Shown here: positions 26,050-40,354 of the stretch, one piece after another
How the letters are laid out: each line of letters begins with the position of its first letter
Position numbering within the stretch: position 1 is the first letter of the stretch
Origin: Octopus sinensis
Lineage: Eukaryota
Direction of reading: 5' to 3'
NCBI RefSeq assembly: GCF_006345805.1
Contig: NC_042999.1
Location: 20,832,001 to 20,896,000 of the forward strand
Length of the DNA: 64,000 bases
Position numbers and translations under genes: made by a program
The notes under the pieces: model-generated
The model's database searches: none
Told to the model about the DNA's origin: nothing
Seen by the model: only the letters and a program-made list of their open reading frames with translations

Positions 26050-26121
26050 TCTCGGGTGTCTTCTCGGCAAAACAAAACCTTGTGAGTGGACTTGGTACAC
26101 GGAGACTGAAAGAAGTCAGTC

Positions 26122-26201
<80 letters not shown>

Positions 26202-26430
26202 ATATGTTTGTGAGTCTATGTTTGTTCCCTCAACATCGCTTGACAACCGAGGCTGGTGTGTTTACGTTCCCGTCACTTATGGTTTCGGCTAGAAAGACCG
26301 ATAGAATAAGTACTAGGCCTGCAAAGAATAAGTCCTGGGGTCGATCTGCTCAACTAAAGGCGGTGCTCCAGCATGGCCGCAGTCCAATGACTGAAGCGAA
26401 TAAACGAATAAAAGAATAAAGAGAGAGAGA
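26050..26430 (+). mobile_element. SINE family B, 5'-truncated
   Basis: B body, microsatellite and tail. Confidence 0.85.
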
Positions 26431-26489
26431 GTAATGGAGATGAATCTGGTATACGCTGTTGAGCCAGTATTTAATTTTAAAAGGCATCG

Positions 26490-27500
26490 ATGTATCATAC
26501 TTACTGCATTCACACAGTCGATAGGACACTTACTGCACTATTTTCCCAGTGGTAATATCCTTTATTGATTTGCTGAGCTGAAAACATAAAACCATCTCCA
26601 AGAGAAGAGAAAATTCGTCCCCGCAATGGTCAATGAGAGCACTACACGCATTTCGGCCTTTCTAGGTCCTTTTCTGCAGGGCGTAATCACAGCCAATCCC
26701 ATTTTCGGACGTGAATTCTTCGTTGCTGACTTAAGGAAATAAGAATAGCCCCATGGCTGTGTAAAATCCAATATACGTTGTTGGCGACTCTACAAAGCTG
26801 AGCCATAGTGTTAGAAAATGCCGAAAGTTTGATACCTAGTCGGAAACTGATTTCAGCTTGTTTAGGTTTGTTGGGTACCGTTCCGGTTTTTCTGGGAAAT
26901 TTCTTCTCGTTATTTTTGGTCACCGCTTTCATGATTCATTTCTACTTCGCCGTTAATTGTATCATTCTTTTGCTCATAACCCACCTATCCCATCATCTAC
27001 CGCTTTTAAAAAGCTAAAATCTTCCACTTTCGTCTGATGTTTCATGCATACGTAGAATTCTACTGAAATAGCAGACGTAAAAAATACCAGACCACCACCA
27101 CCACCAGAAAACCCCACATGCTAGAAACAACAGGTAAACGACATTATATCTGAAGAAACGTCCCCCGCTTTCCAGAAAAGCTAAAATTGAAACGTTGGGA
27201 GTTTGTAGCTTTTTGAAAGTTGTTAGGTGATGGGTAAAATTCGAACCCTGTTTTTTCTCTATGGGTTACCAAGAAAAGGAATTTGAAGAAACTAAAGAGA
27301 GTGAGTGAGTGACTGTATTTCCGCATAACATATAGAAAAATGGATGTCTTTTAATGCAAAAGTTTTGGTTGTGGTTTATTTCATAAATATTCGTTTGTGC
27401 AGAATTTTATGCATGCGCGAAACATCAGAATAAAGTGAAACATTAGAAGCAAATCGAAATAATGTCCGAAAATGAGCTCCAAATTGTGCGATCCAACCTA
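26490..27500 (-). promoter_or_regulatory. candidate promoter / first (mostly untranslated) exon region
   Basis: TE-free, relatively CpG-rich. Two minus-strand CA|GTAAGT donors near 26534 and 26504, Inr-like CAGTCACTCACTC near 27310. No recognisable protein. Confidence 0.25.
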
Positions 27501-28149
27501 GTTTCCGAGGTTATTTTAGTAGTAAAATAAGAGATGTTATACCAAAAACATAGATTCTTTGGTAGATAGCTGATAAGTAGATTTCTTTATTATAGCACAG
27601 ATGTGACTAATTCGGAGAAACATTACTTTCATTATTCACACATCGTCCCTCTTGTAATCCAACACTGTAATTACACTTCAAACTGAAAGAGTGAAACTAC
27701 TTTCACTTTCTAATGAAATTTGGCCCTTGTAGCCAGTGTATTTTAAATAACTATTGCTGGTTGTTGTGATAACGTAGAAAATATGTAAATTAAAAGGTTA
27801 TCTGACATGTTTAATTGGTTTGACTTTTCTGCTCTTGGTAAGAATAGAAGTTATTTGACGAAATATATTTTTTTTTTGTAATTGTCTCTCCTCTTACAGG
27901 GTCAATCTATGAAATATTGAAATGATACTCATTTTGTCCATTCCACAGAATAAGAGGATACTGGAGAGCATCAAAGGAGTGATGAATCTGTGAAATACAT
28001 TTAAGGTAGTTATCTCGAATACGTATCAAAATATCACGATTCTCATGGGGATAATCTACCGTAACGATGGTTACTTCATCAGATGTCGCCTCATTAAAAC
28101 AGCGAAAAATGTTCTTTACTATAGCTTACTATAGATGTAACGAACGCAG

Positions 28150-28208
<59 letters not shown>

Positions 28209-29893
28209 GAAATATATACACTCATAGAATTGATAATATTGAAAACAGTAAAACGTATACACGCGAAATTCAAGTGTAACGAAAAGTAGTCAATATAGGT
28301 GCAAAACAGTTTCTGTAGCATAGTTATGGTATGAAGACAATCTTTTAGGTAATATTTCCAAGGGAAATATTCCAGCGTCGGAAAGTGAACAATCTAGCAC
28401 AAGTTACTATGCATCACCAATGTAACAAAGTACAGAAAGTCAATAGTTACTTGGAACATGTTCTAAATGTCATAAATATTATAAAATTCACGATTGAATG
28501 ATTGTCACGGGGAAGAAAGAAAACTCTAAGAAAATTTACAAGGCATAATTCAATTTTCTATACAAAAATAATTTATTATTTTACAATTTTGAAACGAACG
28601 CTGTAAAGAATGTATAGAAATGAATATGTTGCTGTTGTGAACGTTAATTAATTTAAAACATTTCCTGAAGGATGTATGTAGCAAGATATAACTTAATTTG
28701 ACATTACTGTATATTTTAACTGTGTAAGTTTTATAGGCAGTGGAATAAATACTGACAAACGCAGTAAAAAGCTTGTGCGTTGTTGAATAATGACAGTGAA
28801 GAAACAGCATAGCAGGAATAGGATAAGGACACTTGGACTGTTAAAAGAAGCATTATCTTCAAACTGGTTATAAAAAGTGGAATAACATTTCTGTAAATAT
28901 ATTAAAAGAGACGCTAAATCTTTCTTCTTCCTCAAGTTTCTGAATTAGTTACAAAAAAAAACAGAATAACATTTTTTTTCAGATATATTTGAGAGTATTG
29001 TAAATGTTGTTAAACCAGTGAAACCCTCCTGTTGGCGGTACTTCAAAGAGAATGCTGTTATTCCTTCATTGTCCAGGCAGCAACTATACTAAACTATTTC
29101 AAAATCAGTGCGTTTCACTGATATACTTTCACACATCCTTCAGACATATTTCTGTCCCAATCTGTCTTTGTTTTTAGATGTGTATTTATATCAGTCGTCG
29201 CAAAAATGTATGTAAACTGACAAACATACACAGTATCACGCATATACTTCTCAGTCATCTGTCTAACGTACCTAACGAACGCGCGAACACACTCATACAG
29301 AAAATGTGATGTCGTCGTAGTTGTACTGGTGGTATAAAATGTCGTTTACGATAGTTGACTAAAAGAAAAATTATAGTGTTAAATCTTTGTAATGCAATTA
29401 TGTGAATGAAAATACAGTTTAGTTGGCAGCCGAAAGCCTTCAGAATCTGTCTCTGTGGATCCTTCACATCCATTCATATATTTATGAGTTTATGTATGTA
29501 TGCAAGCACATGGACACATTTCGTTTGGTGGACTGGAGAAAACCGCTCTTTATCGAGAGACAATCTGTATCGCAGACATTGGATCACATTCTGATGAATT
29601 ATTCTACAAGTTTATGACTTTTACGGTCAAGGAGTAGTGATGGAATGTTTATTTCCTTTTTTTGTCGTTTTTACCCACTCTTTGTTTCCTTATACTGCTT
29701 TTTAGCATCATCGTTTTCCTCATTTTTTCTTGTGGCTTCTTATGTAGCAGCGTCCCAATTTCCAAATGGAATAAGCTATATGCTCAGAGCCCGTAAATTG
29801 CTTGGAAACACAAGATATAAAGACCTCCCTAACATCATGTCTTAATGGCAAGAAACTATATGCAGCTCGTATATTGATGCAGTGTACATTAAA

Positions 29894-29952
<59 letters not shown>

Positions 29953-30219
29953 CATACATATGTATGTTTGCGTTTCAGTATGTACCAACGAATATATTTT
30001 CTACAACCACACCTCAATGTTTGTATACATTTGCAGTCCTGCTTATTAAACTTTATTGTAATTAGACAGAGGTGTGAACAGACGAGATACAGATCAGATT
30101 CCCACTTGGTTATCAATATTCTTGACTGTCAATCTACGTCTATATATCTACATATATTCAGTCTTGATGAAAATTATATATTGTCATATATCTATTCACA
30201 CAGCCACACTAGATTATAT

Positions 30220-30297
<78 letters not shown>

Positions 30298-31629
30298 TAT
30301 GCGTGTATGTACGTAGGTGTGTGTAGTCGTGTGAGTTTAGTATAATATATATGTATGAATGTATTATTTAGTAGCTATGAAGCTACATAAGTGCCTCAAA
30401 CGTATAAATTTTCGTGACAATGATCTTGTCAAGTGTTTTGGCAAGAATATAGGTCATTGCATCAATTATGCAGCTCCATAACTTATACACAAAGAGAAAG
30501 AAAGAAGAGAGAGAGAGAGAGAGAGGCATACACACACACATATTCACATTTATATATGTATGTGTATAATTATTAGATACAGTTACTCTGTTCTAGCAAA
30601 TTGTTTAAAGGTGAGACAAAAAACAATTAACGATCATTTCCTTATTAACGGCACACGACCCTACGTACATTTCACACCTGTCATAACAAAAGCGGAGGTA
30701 AGAGGTCGACTTTTAGATAGTACATTGGAACTTACGTATAAGCAACATGTGTGTAGACACAAATAATCTGGTACTTCAAACAAATTAAATATTCCTTGAT
30801 AAAGTCATTAGCAATCAACGGTTTTTTTGGGTTTTGTTTTCAAACTGTTCGCACTAAGCCGTAGCTTTTCGGTACAGTGTTTGTGACAGTTCTCTTCTAC
30901 ACACCATCGACTCCGAATTTGCCTATGTGCATTTTCTGAATTAAATGATAGCCTACGTAGCGCTTAGTCACTTTGAGTCGCACTGGTCAGTAAAGGGACA
31001 GCTGCCATAATTTTGAAAAACTACATCACTTAGTGTTTCTTCGTTATCGGTATCTCATATTTTTTTCAATAGCAATAGTCTTTTTTTTTTTTTCCTTTTC
31101 TTATATTCCTCAACAATTGAAGTAAGACATACTTATTATTTCGGTATACTATGAATCTCATTTTCTCATTACTGGAACATTTTTAAGTGGTTTAGACTCA
31201 CTGAGGTGTCTTCCAATGGTGCACTTTCTTTCTTTAAGAAATATATCTTTCCATACTTTCTGATATTTCACAAATTTCTTTCAGCCTAGACCGAAATCTC
31301 CCCATTTCATCACAATCATTTAGTTGTATTTGACACATATAGAATTTCACTAGCGCAAACGGTAATCGCTTCCTTTCTCGATATCCTACTCGTCTTACAT
31401 TGGTGTCGCTGGCATTAAAAGAGAATTCAGAGTTTGAATTCAAGTTTGATATATTTCAGGTTTAATTGGCAGTAGTCTGTTAAAAGTGCTTGCATTTAAC
31501 CAGTCTACCGTTCAATGCGCAGAAACCTCGAATTAGTATTGCAGAGTCTAAGCTTAAGCATTAAGTCCTTTTTTTCTGAAACTCTTCCTGAATTCCGGAA
31601 GGTGTTTATTGAATAACAACAGCAGTAAT

Positions 31630-31830
31630 TTTATTCAGATGAATACAGGTCATTGATTGGTTGAATTACCGAAATACGACAATTTTAACACGAAATAACC
31701 TTGAAAATATAAACCTTTCTCAACAACGCTAAGAGTAAAAGATGCTTTATATGACACATTCTACCAGTGTCCAAAGTTTGAAAGTGTTTTGTTACAAAAA
31801 ATTAATTTTTCGATCAGCCGTTGAAAGGGA
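31630..31830. mobile_element. old relative of the TIR element at 16183-16616
   Basis: Shared motifs GATTGGTTGAA and ACACATTCTACCAGT...AAAGT, and a TIR-like CAGCCGTTGAAA end. Confidence 0.55.
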
Positions 31831-32299
31831 AAATTTGCAACATAGAGTGTCGATGGTGTGTATTATGATATTCAACCGAGGTGGACACAGCATGGTTGTC
31901 TTCCCTTTTTAGACCATGTGCAGTGTTATTACCACTAGTAATTATTAATATTGTATTGAGCTGCGACGGAGCTTAAAGAGTGATACTTTGAAAGAATGTA
32001 GACCCGTGAACAATGGGCTGATTGAGGTTATTTTCATGAACCCGAATGCAGAAGAAAACCGAGTTAGCATGAATCAGGAAGAGATTCAGAACAAAATACA
32101 AGGACTAAATACTTAAGCTTAGGTTTGCAATACAGTGAAGTCATACAACATATGTAGTCGTTGTTATAGTCTAAAAGACAAGTGAATCACAAACACAAGA
32201 GACACCAGGCTCAATCCTACAATAACGCCAATGTAGGTTTTCGTGTTATTCATATTGCTATGAATGGTTCAATCTAAGGACAGTTGGCTGCGACCTACT

Positions 32300-33389
32300 T
32301 TGGAATATATCCATTGTTCTGTCAGATTCAGGTGGATTGATTGGTTCTGGGTAGACCTGCGACCCCTTTCAGGTGAACTAAAGTTCGTTGTAAACACCCC
32401 TTAAAGAAGGAAGAATCTAGTGACAGTGAAGAAGAGGAAGAAGAAAGTAGTGAGGAAGACAGATTAAGGAATCTTAGAGCTGTCGTGAGAGAGTGACAGC
32501 GACAGCGTCGATGAAGATAGGCACATAGGACCAAGCGGCGATAGAGAGAACATTAGCAGTGCTAAGGGAGATTGGGGGTGGTGAGAGAGCAAGAGGTTTT
32601 GGCAGTCGGTATTTGGTCGTCAAAGCGAGCGGTTGGATTTAGGAGCGAGAAGTTTGGAATTCGGGGCAAGAGTTTAGCAAGTTGGAGTTAGCGGTACTGA
32701 GAGAGATGAGGTGCAATATGAGACATTGGCTAATGTAAGGTACGTGAATTGTGTATTGATATATGAAGGAAAAGAAGGAAAAAGAATCGATGTATTGAAC
32801 TGTGAAAAGAAATGAGACAGTAAAAAGGAATTTAATGAACAATGTGAACTGTGTAAAGAGAGAACTGTGTAATGAATATTGAGCTGTATAGGCCTTTAAT
32901 GTCATTTGAACTGTAACTTTAATGTGTTTTGAAACAGAACTGTTGTCTCCGGACGTGTACTCTTGAAATGCTGTTGTTATTGCATTTGATATATTGTATC
33001 TGCATGTTGTTTTCTTTAAATGCTTTGATGTGTTGTTACCGGACAGTTTAAATGCTTTGATCTGTGGTATACCTGTATGTATGATGTATTGAGTTGTTAC
33101 TTGCATGTCCTCTTTTAAATGTATCTCATGTATTTTACATTGTATTTGATGTTGTAATGATAGTCATATAAACTAGTTGTAAAAGTGGCCAATTGCCTTG
33201 CCTTCTTTGTGTCCCTCTCGATTGCCTTCCGCTGTATCTCAGTATCTCTTCTTGCGGCTGTTGTTGTTGTAGTCGTCTCTCTCTCTCTCCTCTTCGAGTT
33301 TCCGTGGCGTAAATATTCGCTGATCGAACGGGCCTGTGTGAGGGATTCCGTAACAGCTTTCGTACGACCGAGGTCCCCCCCTCGTAACA
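32300..33389 (+). mobile_element. possible solo-LTR-like repeat (5' boundary undefined)
   Basis: GA-rich, then TG-rich, then pyrimidine-rich segments, ending CCCCCCTCGTAACA as in many LTR 3' termini. No confident TSD. Confidence 0.35.
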
Positions 33390-33627
33390 ATATTAAAGCT
33401 CAAAATGCTTCACAGATCTAAAGACTTGGTCTAGGCTTATCAGGACAGTGACTTGTCAAAGGATGTGTTACTAACACCTGCGAACATAATTCTCATAAAC
33501 AAGTGTCAGCGGTTAGTTGGCAGAATCGTTATCCCACTGGGCAGCCATACTTTCGGCGGTGCATCAGTTTTGAAATTGCGGGTTCAGACTCCATCAAGGT
33601 TGACTTTATTATTTCTTCTATTTTATA

Positions 33628-33825
33628 GGCGTAGGAGTGGCTGTGTGGTAAGTAGCCTGCTTACGAACCGCATGGCTCCAGGTTCAGTCTCACTGTGTGG
33701 CACCTTGGGTAAGTGTCTTCTACTATAACCACAGGCCGACCAAAGACCTGTGAGTGAATTCGGTAGACAGAAACTGAAAGAAACCTGTCGTATATACATA
33801 TATATATATATATTATATATTAATA

Positions 33826-33858
<33 letters not shown>

Positions 33859-34098
33859 ATATAATATATTTGTGTGTGTGTGTGTGATGTATATTTGTGT
33901 GTCTGTGTTTGTCCTTCCAACATCACTTGACAATGGATGCTGGTGTGTTTACATCCCCGTAACTTAGTGGATCGGCAAAAGAGCTCGATAATATAAGTAC
34001 TAGGGGTCTTAGAATAAGCCCTGGTATCGGCTTGCTCGACTAAAGGCGGTGCTCCAGCATGGCGACAATAAAATGACTGAAACAAGTAAAAGAGTAAA
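33628..34098 (+). mobile_element. SINE family B, full length
   Basis: Head, CORE-like body, microsatellite, tail. Confidence 0.9.
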
Positions 34099-34449
34099 GT
34101 GTCTCCAAATATCTCTTTAGGTATGTTAGACTTTAGAAAGCCATTGAGTTTCAGAATAGGAGTGTCATTAGCAAAAACGAAATCTGTGAATAATCAAACT
34201 TCAGAAACAGTATCATAGCTTTCTTCTAAAACATACGAATATCGCTGTCTGAAGAGACGGTTCACGCATGCGTATAAACTACCTAGGAATTACCCAACGA
34301 AGAACGATAGTTGAAAGCACGCGACTTGATGTAGACAAGGACGAGTAGTAATAGTTTCAGAAGATAGAAAGTAGGTGCGACCATAGTTCATATTATTTAC
34401 TCTGTTGGTTATTTTATAGACTGATTGTCGAATAAGCTGCTTGCGTGAC

Positions 34450-34509
34450 ACCAGCACAGTAACACACACAGACACACACGCACTTAGACAGACATATATA
34501 TATATGTGT

Positions 34510-34571
<62 letters not shown>

Positions 34572-34688
34572 GCAGAAATACATACACATATAAATTCACA
34601 CACACACACACACACATATATATATACATATAATATATATATATACATATATGTACATTTATGTGTATGTAAGTATATACACATATGC

Positions 34689-34721
<33 letters not shown>

Positions 34722-34804
34722 TACATATATAATATGCATATAATATATATATATATAACATATACACATATATAAGTATGCATATAATATATATATATAT
34801 ATAT

Positions 34805-34840
<36 letters not shown>

Positions 34841-34850
34841 CACATACATA

Positions 34851-34895
<45 letters not shown>

Positions 34896-35105
34896 GTACA
34901 TACATACATGCAAACATGTATGTATATATTATATATATATATATATACATATACACAAACACACACATATATGACCATGTATTTGTATATGTCTGCACAC
35001 ACAAACAAACACACACTTACACACATGGACATACTCACAAAACTGTACATTCACATAAATATACGTATGCCAAATTTTGTGTGTGCCTTTGTGTCTATGT
35101 ATATT
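34450..35105. repeat. long (TA)n/(CA)n low-complexity tract
   Basis: Direct inspection. Confidence 0.95.
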
Positions 35106-35690
35106 GATGATTATATCTATGGCTGAACATAAATAGATAGTAGGTGAACAAATTGAAATATATGAGTCTAAATTATTACCATAATATGAATACAGAAAAG
35201 CAAATCGAAAATAATAACATAAGTGAAAAAGAGATCCACAATGAAGGAAAGGAAAAAAATTACATAAAAAAACAAACAATTCCCAGAAATATTCAATAAC
35301 TTCAACGAGTAATTCAATGTGGAATTGTTGTAAAACACGATATGGTTTGACGTGTTATGCTATATGTCGGACACGTTTTTTTTTTATCATAATTAATTTC
35401 ACAAGGGAATTCATTCAGCCTTTCTGTACATATCTTAGTTTGTTTAGTGTTTAAATTATATTTTGTGAAAAGGAATATGATCAATTTTCTTCTTGTGTGG
35501 TGCGTACGTGGAAGAAAAGTAGAGTGTTAATATGATATATATCTCGTTCTCGTCCGTGTTCTCCGAATATATAGTTAAAAAGTACTCGATATTTACGTTG
35601 CTGCGTATATATATATATGTATATATGTATGTATATATCAATATGTAAATGCATGTATACATATATTTATATATGTATATATGGATATGT

Positions 35691-35727
<37 letters not shown>

Positions 35728-35743
35728 CAAATTCACACACACA

Positions 35744-35790
<47 letters not shown>

Positions 35791-35928
35791 ATGTGCGTGT
35801 GTGTGTGTGTGTGTATTCTTAAATGATGAATTTGTTGGATATAGTTAGTCAACGTTACAAATCAATTACAACTTCCAATACATACATAATTGCATACACA
35901 CACACTAATGTATATTTTTGTATATACG

Positions 35929-35959
<31 letters not shown>

Positions 35960-36459
35960 TTACATATACATATATGAATATGATCATATACAAAATTGTA
36001 TATGCATGCCACTTTATATATATACACACAGACGTACATACATATATGTGTGTGTGTGCGTGTGTGTGTGTGTATGTGTGCATGAATTTATGAATGAATG
36101 TATATATGTAAATATACTTATGGGCGCTGCGCGCGAAGACAGCACTATAAAGGAGGAGTTTGAGAAATGGTATGTAATATTCAGTAGAAGACACAGAGCC
36201 AGAGATGAAGAGTATGTGTATTTTTCATAATTACTTTAACTAAGATATGTACTTTCAACCCAATGATATCAGCTTCGTATACAGAAATGCACCTATAGAT
36301 CTATTTGTATATAAACATACATGCGTATAACGTCGCGCAACCGTATTATCATAAGTATAGCGTTTATCAATGTTATTTGATCTTAAGAAACACAGACCTA
36401 GAAACAGAATACATAGATGTGAAGAACACAAATACATTTTAAAGAATGATCCTATACAG

Positions 36460-36590
36460 AGAAGCTTGCTTCCTAACCACATGGTTCCGGCACCTGGAGC
36501 AAGTGTCTTCTACTACAACAGCCTCGGCCGACTAAAGCCTTTTGAGTGGATTTGGTAGACGGAAGCAGGAAGAATCCGGTGGTATATATG

Positions 36591-36653
<63 letters not shown>

Positions 36654-36937
36654 GTGTGTGTGTGTGTGTGTGTGTATGTTTGTGGTGTGGGTGTGTGTGT
36701 GTGTGTGTGTATGTGTGTGTGTGCGTGTGTTTGTGTGTCTGTCTTCCAGCATCGCTTGACAACCGATGCTGGAGTGTTTACGCCCCGGTAACCATAGCGG
36801 TTCGGCAAATTATAAATAGATAGAATAAGTACTAGGCTTACAAAGAATAAGTTCTGGAGTCGATTTGCTCGACTAAAGGTGTTGCTCCAGCAAGGCCACA
36901 GTGAAATGACTGAATCAAGTAAAAGAGTAAAGAGTAA
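36460..36937 (+). mobile_element. SINE family B
   Basis: Body, expanded internal (TA)n(TG)n, tail. Confidence 0.88.
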
Positions 36938-36950
36938 GATTATACAATAT

Positions 36951-37181
36951 GGCGGCGAGCTGGTAGAAACGTTAGCACGCCGGGCGAAATTCGTAGCCGT
37001 ATTTCGTCTGTCGTTACGTTCCGAGTTCAAATTCCGCCGAGGTCGACTTTGCCTTTCATCCTTTCGGGGTCGATAAATTAAGTACCAGTTACGCACTGGG
37101 GTCGATGTAGTCGACTTAATCCCTTTGTCTGTCCTTGTTTGTCCCCTCTGTGTTTAGCCCCTTGTGGGTAGTAAAGAAATA
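36951..37181 (+). mobile_element. SINE family A, full length, young-looking
   Basis: Direct repeat TATACAATATGGCGG at 36941-36955 and 37182-37196, overlapping the SINE 5' GGCGG. Confidence 0.95.
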
Positions 37182-37479
37182 TATACAATATGGCGGAGTG
37201 AAATTTGAGAATGAAAATTACATATATAACATTTTCAAATTTGCAATGGTTTTTCGGACATATCTTTGGATATTTTGGTATTTTGATCTCTGGAGAATAT
37301 GATTTTAATATAAGTATATTGAAAATTTCAATGTATTTTCCTGTCTGACACACATTCTTTTCTGCAGATATATCTTTCGTTTTCCCTATTGTATATATAA
37401 CTACGTATATATGTGTTTGTATGTGTGCGCGTGTGTATGTGTTATTGTGTGTGTATGTGTATTCATTTAGTATTTTATT

Positions 37480-37690
37480 CTTTCAATTCTTTCAGTAATT
37501 TGACTGCGACCATGCTAGAACACCGCCTTAAATGGGTTCTCGGTCGAAAAAAAAAATGACCCCAGGACTTATTCTATTTGTCTGTTTTGCCGAACTGGTA
37601 GATTACGTGGCCGTAAATACACTAGCATCGATTGTCGAGCGATGGAGGGGGACAAACACAGACACAAAGAAACATACACACACACACACA

Positions 37691-37748
<58 letters not shown>

Positions 37749-37880
37749 CACGACGAGCTTCTTTGAATTTCTATCTGCCAAGTCCACTCACAAGGCTTTA
37801 GCCGGCTCAAGGTTATAGTTGAAGACCCGTGCAGAAGTTGCCAGGCAGTAGAACTGAACACAGAACAGCCATGCCTGCAA
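37480..37880 (-). mobile_element. SINE family B, degenerate
   Basis: Reverse complement of B tail, microsatellite and body. Confidence 0.75.
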
Positions 37881-38229
37881 CTGTACATGTTTATACGCAC
37901 CCTTTTATACGCACACTAAACTATACATCGAGAATGACTTATGCATGAGTACGACTTTGCGTAAGGGATGTCTCCTTCTCTGGAGTAGAAAACATGAGAC
38001 AACAGATGCAGATGACATGAATGAATTTAAAAGTGATGGAATAATACATTCATGTGTAAACCAGAAGAAAAATCAGTTATTTTTCGATTCATATTTAAGT
38101 TCAGAATTGTATTTCGCCAAAGATATTACAGGTTCTATAGTTCTACGATATAACACGTGAGACTAAGTACTAACAAATTATTCAAGGCATGAAAATCAGG
38201 ATAGTTTCAGGTATGGATGAGCAGGAAGA

Positions 38230-38370
38230 AGCTTGCTTCCCAGCCACGTGGTTCTACGTTCAGTCCTACACCGTGGCACCTTGGGCAAGTGTTTTCTACT
38301 ATAGATTCAGGCCGACCGAAGCCTTGAGAGTGGATTTGGTGGACAGAAACTGAATGAACCGCGTTGTATA
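38230..38370 (+). mobile_element. SINE family B 5' half
   Basis: CCTTGGGCAAGTG...GGATTTGGT. Confidence 0.75.
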
Positions 38371-38381
38371 TATATATATAT

Positions 38382-38679
38382 AAATTAAATTAGAGATAAA
38401 ACCACTATTAGGCAAACTTTTTAATACTTTTTGATAGTATAAACAAAAAAATTAATTAAAAAAATTGAAAGTTTAAAAATTTGTAAATTTTAAATTTTAA
38501 AAATATAAAAATATAAAATTTTATAAATATAAATTTAAAATCTTAAATTTAAATAATTTAAATTTTAAATATTGTATTTTATTTATTTTGTATTTTATAT
38601 TAATTATATCTATTTTTATGTTTTGGTTTATATCTCTCACTGTTTGATTTGGCTAGTGGTTTTGTCTCTAATCTAATTT
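38382..38679. repeat. foldback element with ~35-bp inverted ends and almost pure A/T interior
   Basis: AAATTAAATTAGAGATAAAACCACTA...CAAAC pairs with GTTTGATTTGGCTAGTGGTTTTGTCTCTAATCTAATTT. Confidence 0.7.
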
Positions 38680-39058
38680 ATATTTATACTGTAAAACTTG
38701 ATTTAATCCTAAATCTAATTTTTCCCTGTAAGTTTGAATATACTCCCTATTATTATTATTATTATTATTATATATTTGTACTTATGTGTATATATTTATC
38801 TGTATGTGTTTTGTATCGCACGTTCGACGTACGAAATAACGGGATGATATATAATGGCTTCGCAAATCGTTCTACACGAGATACTGGTAATAACCCTCGA
38901 CAATAAGCAACACTCAGCTTTACTCTGCTCAAGACTCTCTGCGCATGTCCATTTATATTGTGGCACAGTCCATTAGAAGACAACCAATAGGGGTGTTCTA
39001 CTTCTACATAACAATGTGTCTGTGTTCCCTCCCCCCCCCCCCGCCAAACAATGTAGGG

Positions 39059-39310
39059 ACGTAGCGGCAGATGAAATACCTATTTCTTTACTACCTGCAA
39101 GGGGCTAAACACAGACAGGACAAACAAGGACAGACAAATAGATTAAGTCGATTGTATCGACCCCAGTACGTAACTGGTACTTATTTGATCGACCCCGAAA
39201 GGATGAAAGGCAAAGTCGACCTCGGTGGAATTTGAACTCAGAACGTAGCGGCAGCCGAAATACTGCTAAGCATTTCACCCGGTGTGCTAACGCTTCTGCC
39301 AGCTCGCACC
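39059..39310 (-). mobile_element. SINE family A, full length plus 22 nt of a further internal unit
   Basis: Tail AAAGAAATA followed by GGTATTTCATCTGCCGCTACGT (junction 39080/39081). Confidence 0.9.
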
Positions 39311-40354
39311 TTGTGAAAATGGAGTATTGATTTATTAATGGGTGCTGAGTTCAGGTACAAAGAGGATTTAAACAGAAACTAGTGGTCATAGAAAAGCTGA
39401 ACCTAATCAAATAAGACAATCTTCACATTTATTATATGCAGTATTACCACATTCTCTTTAATGTTGTATGGTAAACTTGCATGGTAAAGATTCTATATAA
39501 AAGCCGCATGATAGATATTTACATCATATTTTGCACTGCATGATTCCTTTTTGCTAAAATTTACGTAAGTATCATATTCATTACATATCCAAAGCTTTTC
39601 ATTGTTCACCTACAAAATAATAAGTATAATTTTCGATAAATATATACGACAAATGAAATTACGTAAAATACAAGCTTAAGGAAATTGGTTTTCCTTACAG
39701 AATAAAGTCAACTAAAATCACAATATAAATATTTCTCCCGTAGGACTACGAAGAGTCATACTATACATAGAGGGGAATAAAATTGGTAAGATGTTTACAT
39801 TCATGATGTTATGGATAAAAATGTGGTGAAACTGAATTGAAATAGTTTGAAATGGGAATGGAACTCGCCTATATATTTCTATACACCGAGAATAAATCAA
39901 CTTTAGTTGACGATGTCCAGTGACACTTCACACCATAATAAATTCCATATCGCACTGAAAGAAACGTGAAAATATATGTAGAGACAATTTCTACTTTAGG
40001 GAATATATTTTACCAATTTACATGATATTGGATTTTGCTGTAGGTGATGAATTGTATGAAAAGTGAAAAATGTGAGAAGGTTGTAAAGCTAGGTTGAGGC
40101 AATTTATCAATGTCAATACTTGTTTCTTTCTCATGATACTGGAGGTGGATGTAACAGTGGTATATGGCAGACGGAAATCAAAGTTTCATAATCTAATATT
40201 TAGTTCTATCTCCTCTCTCAGCAATGATAGACTGCAACGTTTTGGCAGGAATATTCTTTTGTTTCGACATAACAATACCAGGAATAATTTGGAACCAATT
40301 CAATTGATTTTATATCAACAATTTAGACACAGACAGACATGGCAGTGTATTTAA

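Noticed and set aside
36120-36190. TATA box plus Inr-like TCAGT
   Set aside because: Spacing is ~37 nt rather than ~30, and there is no supporting downstream gene.
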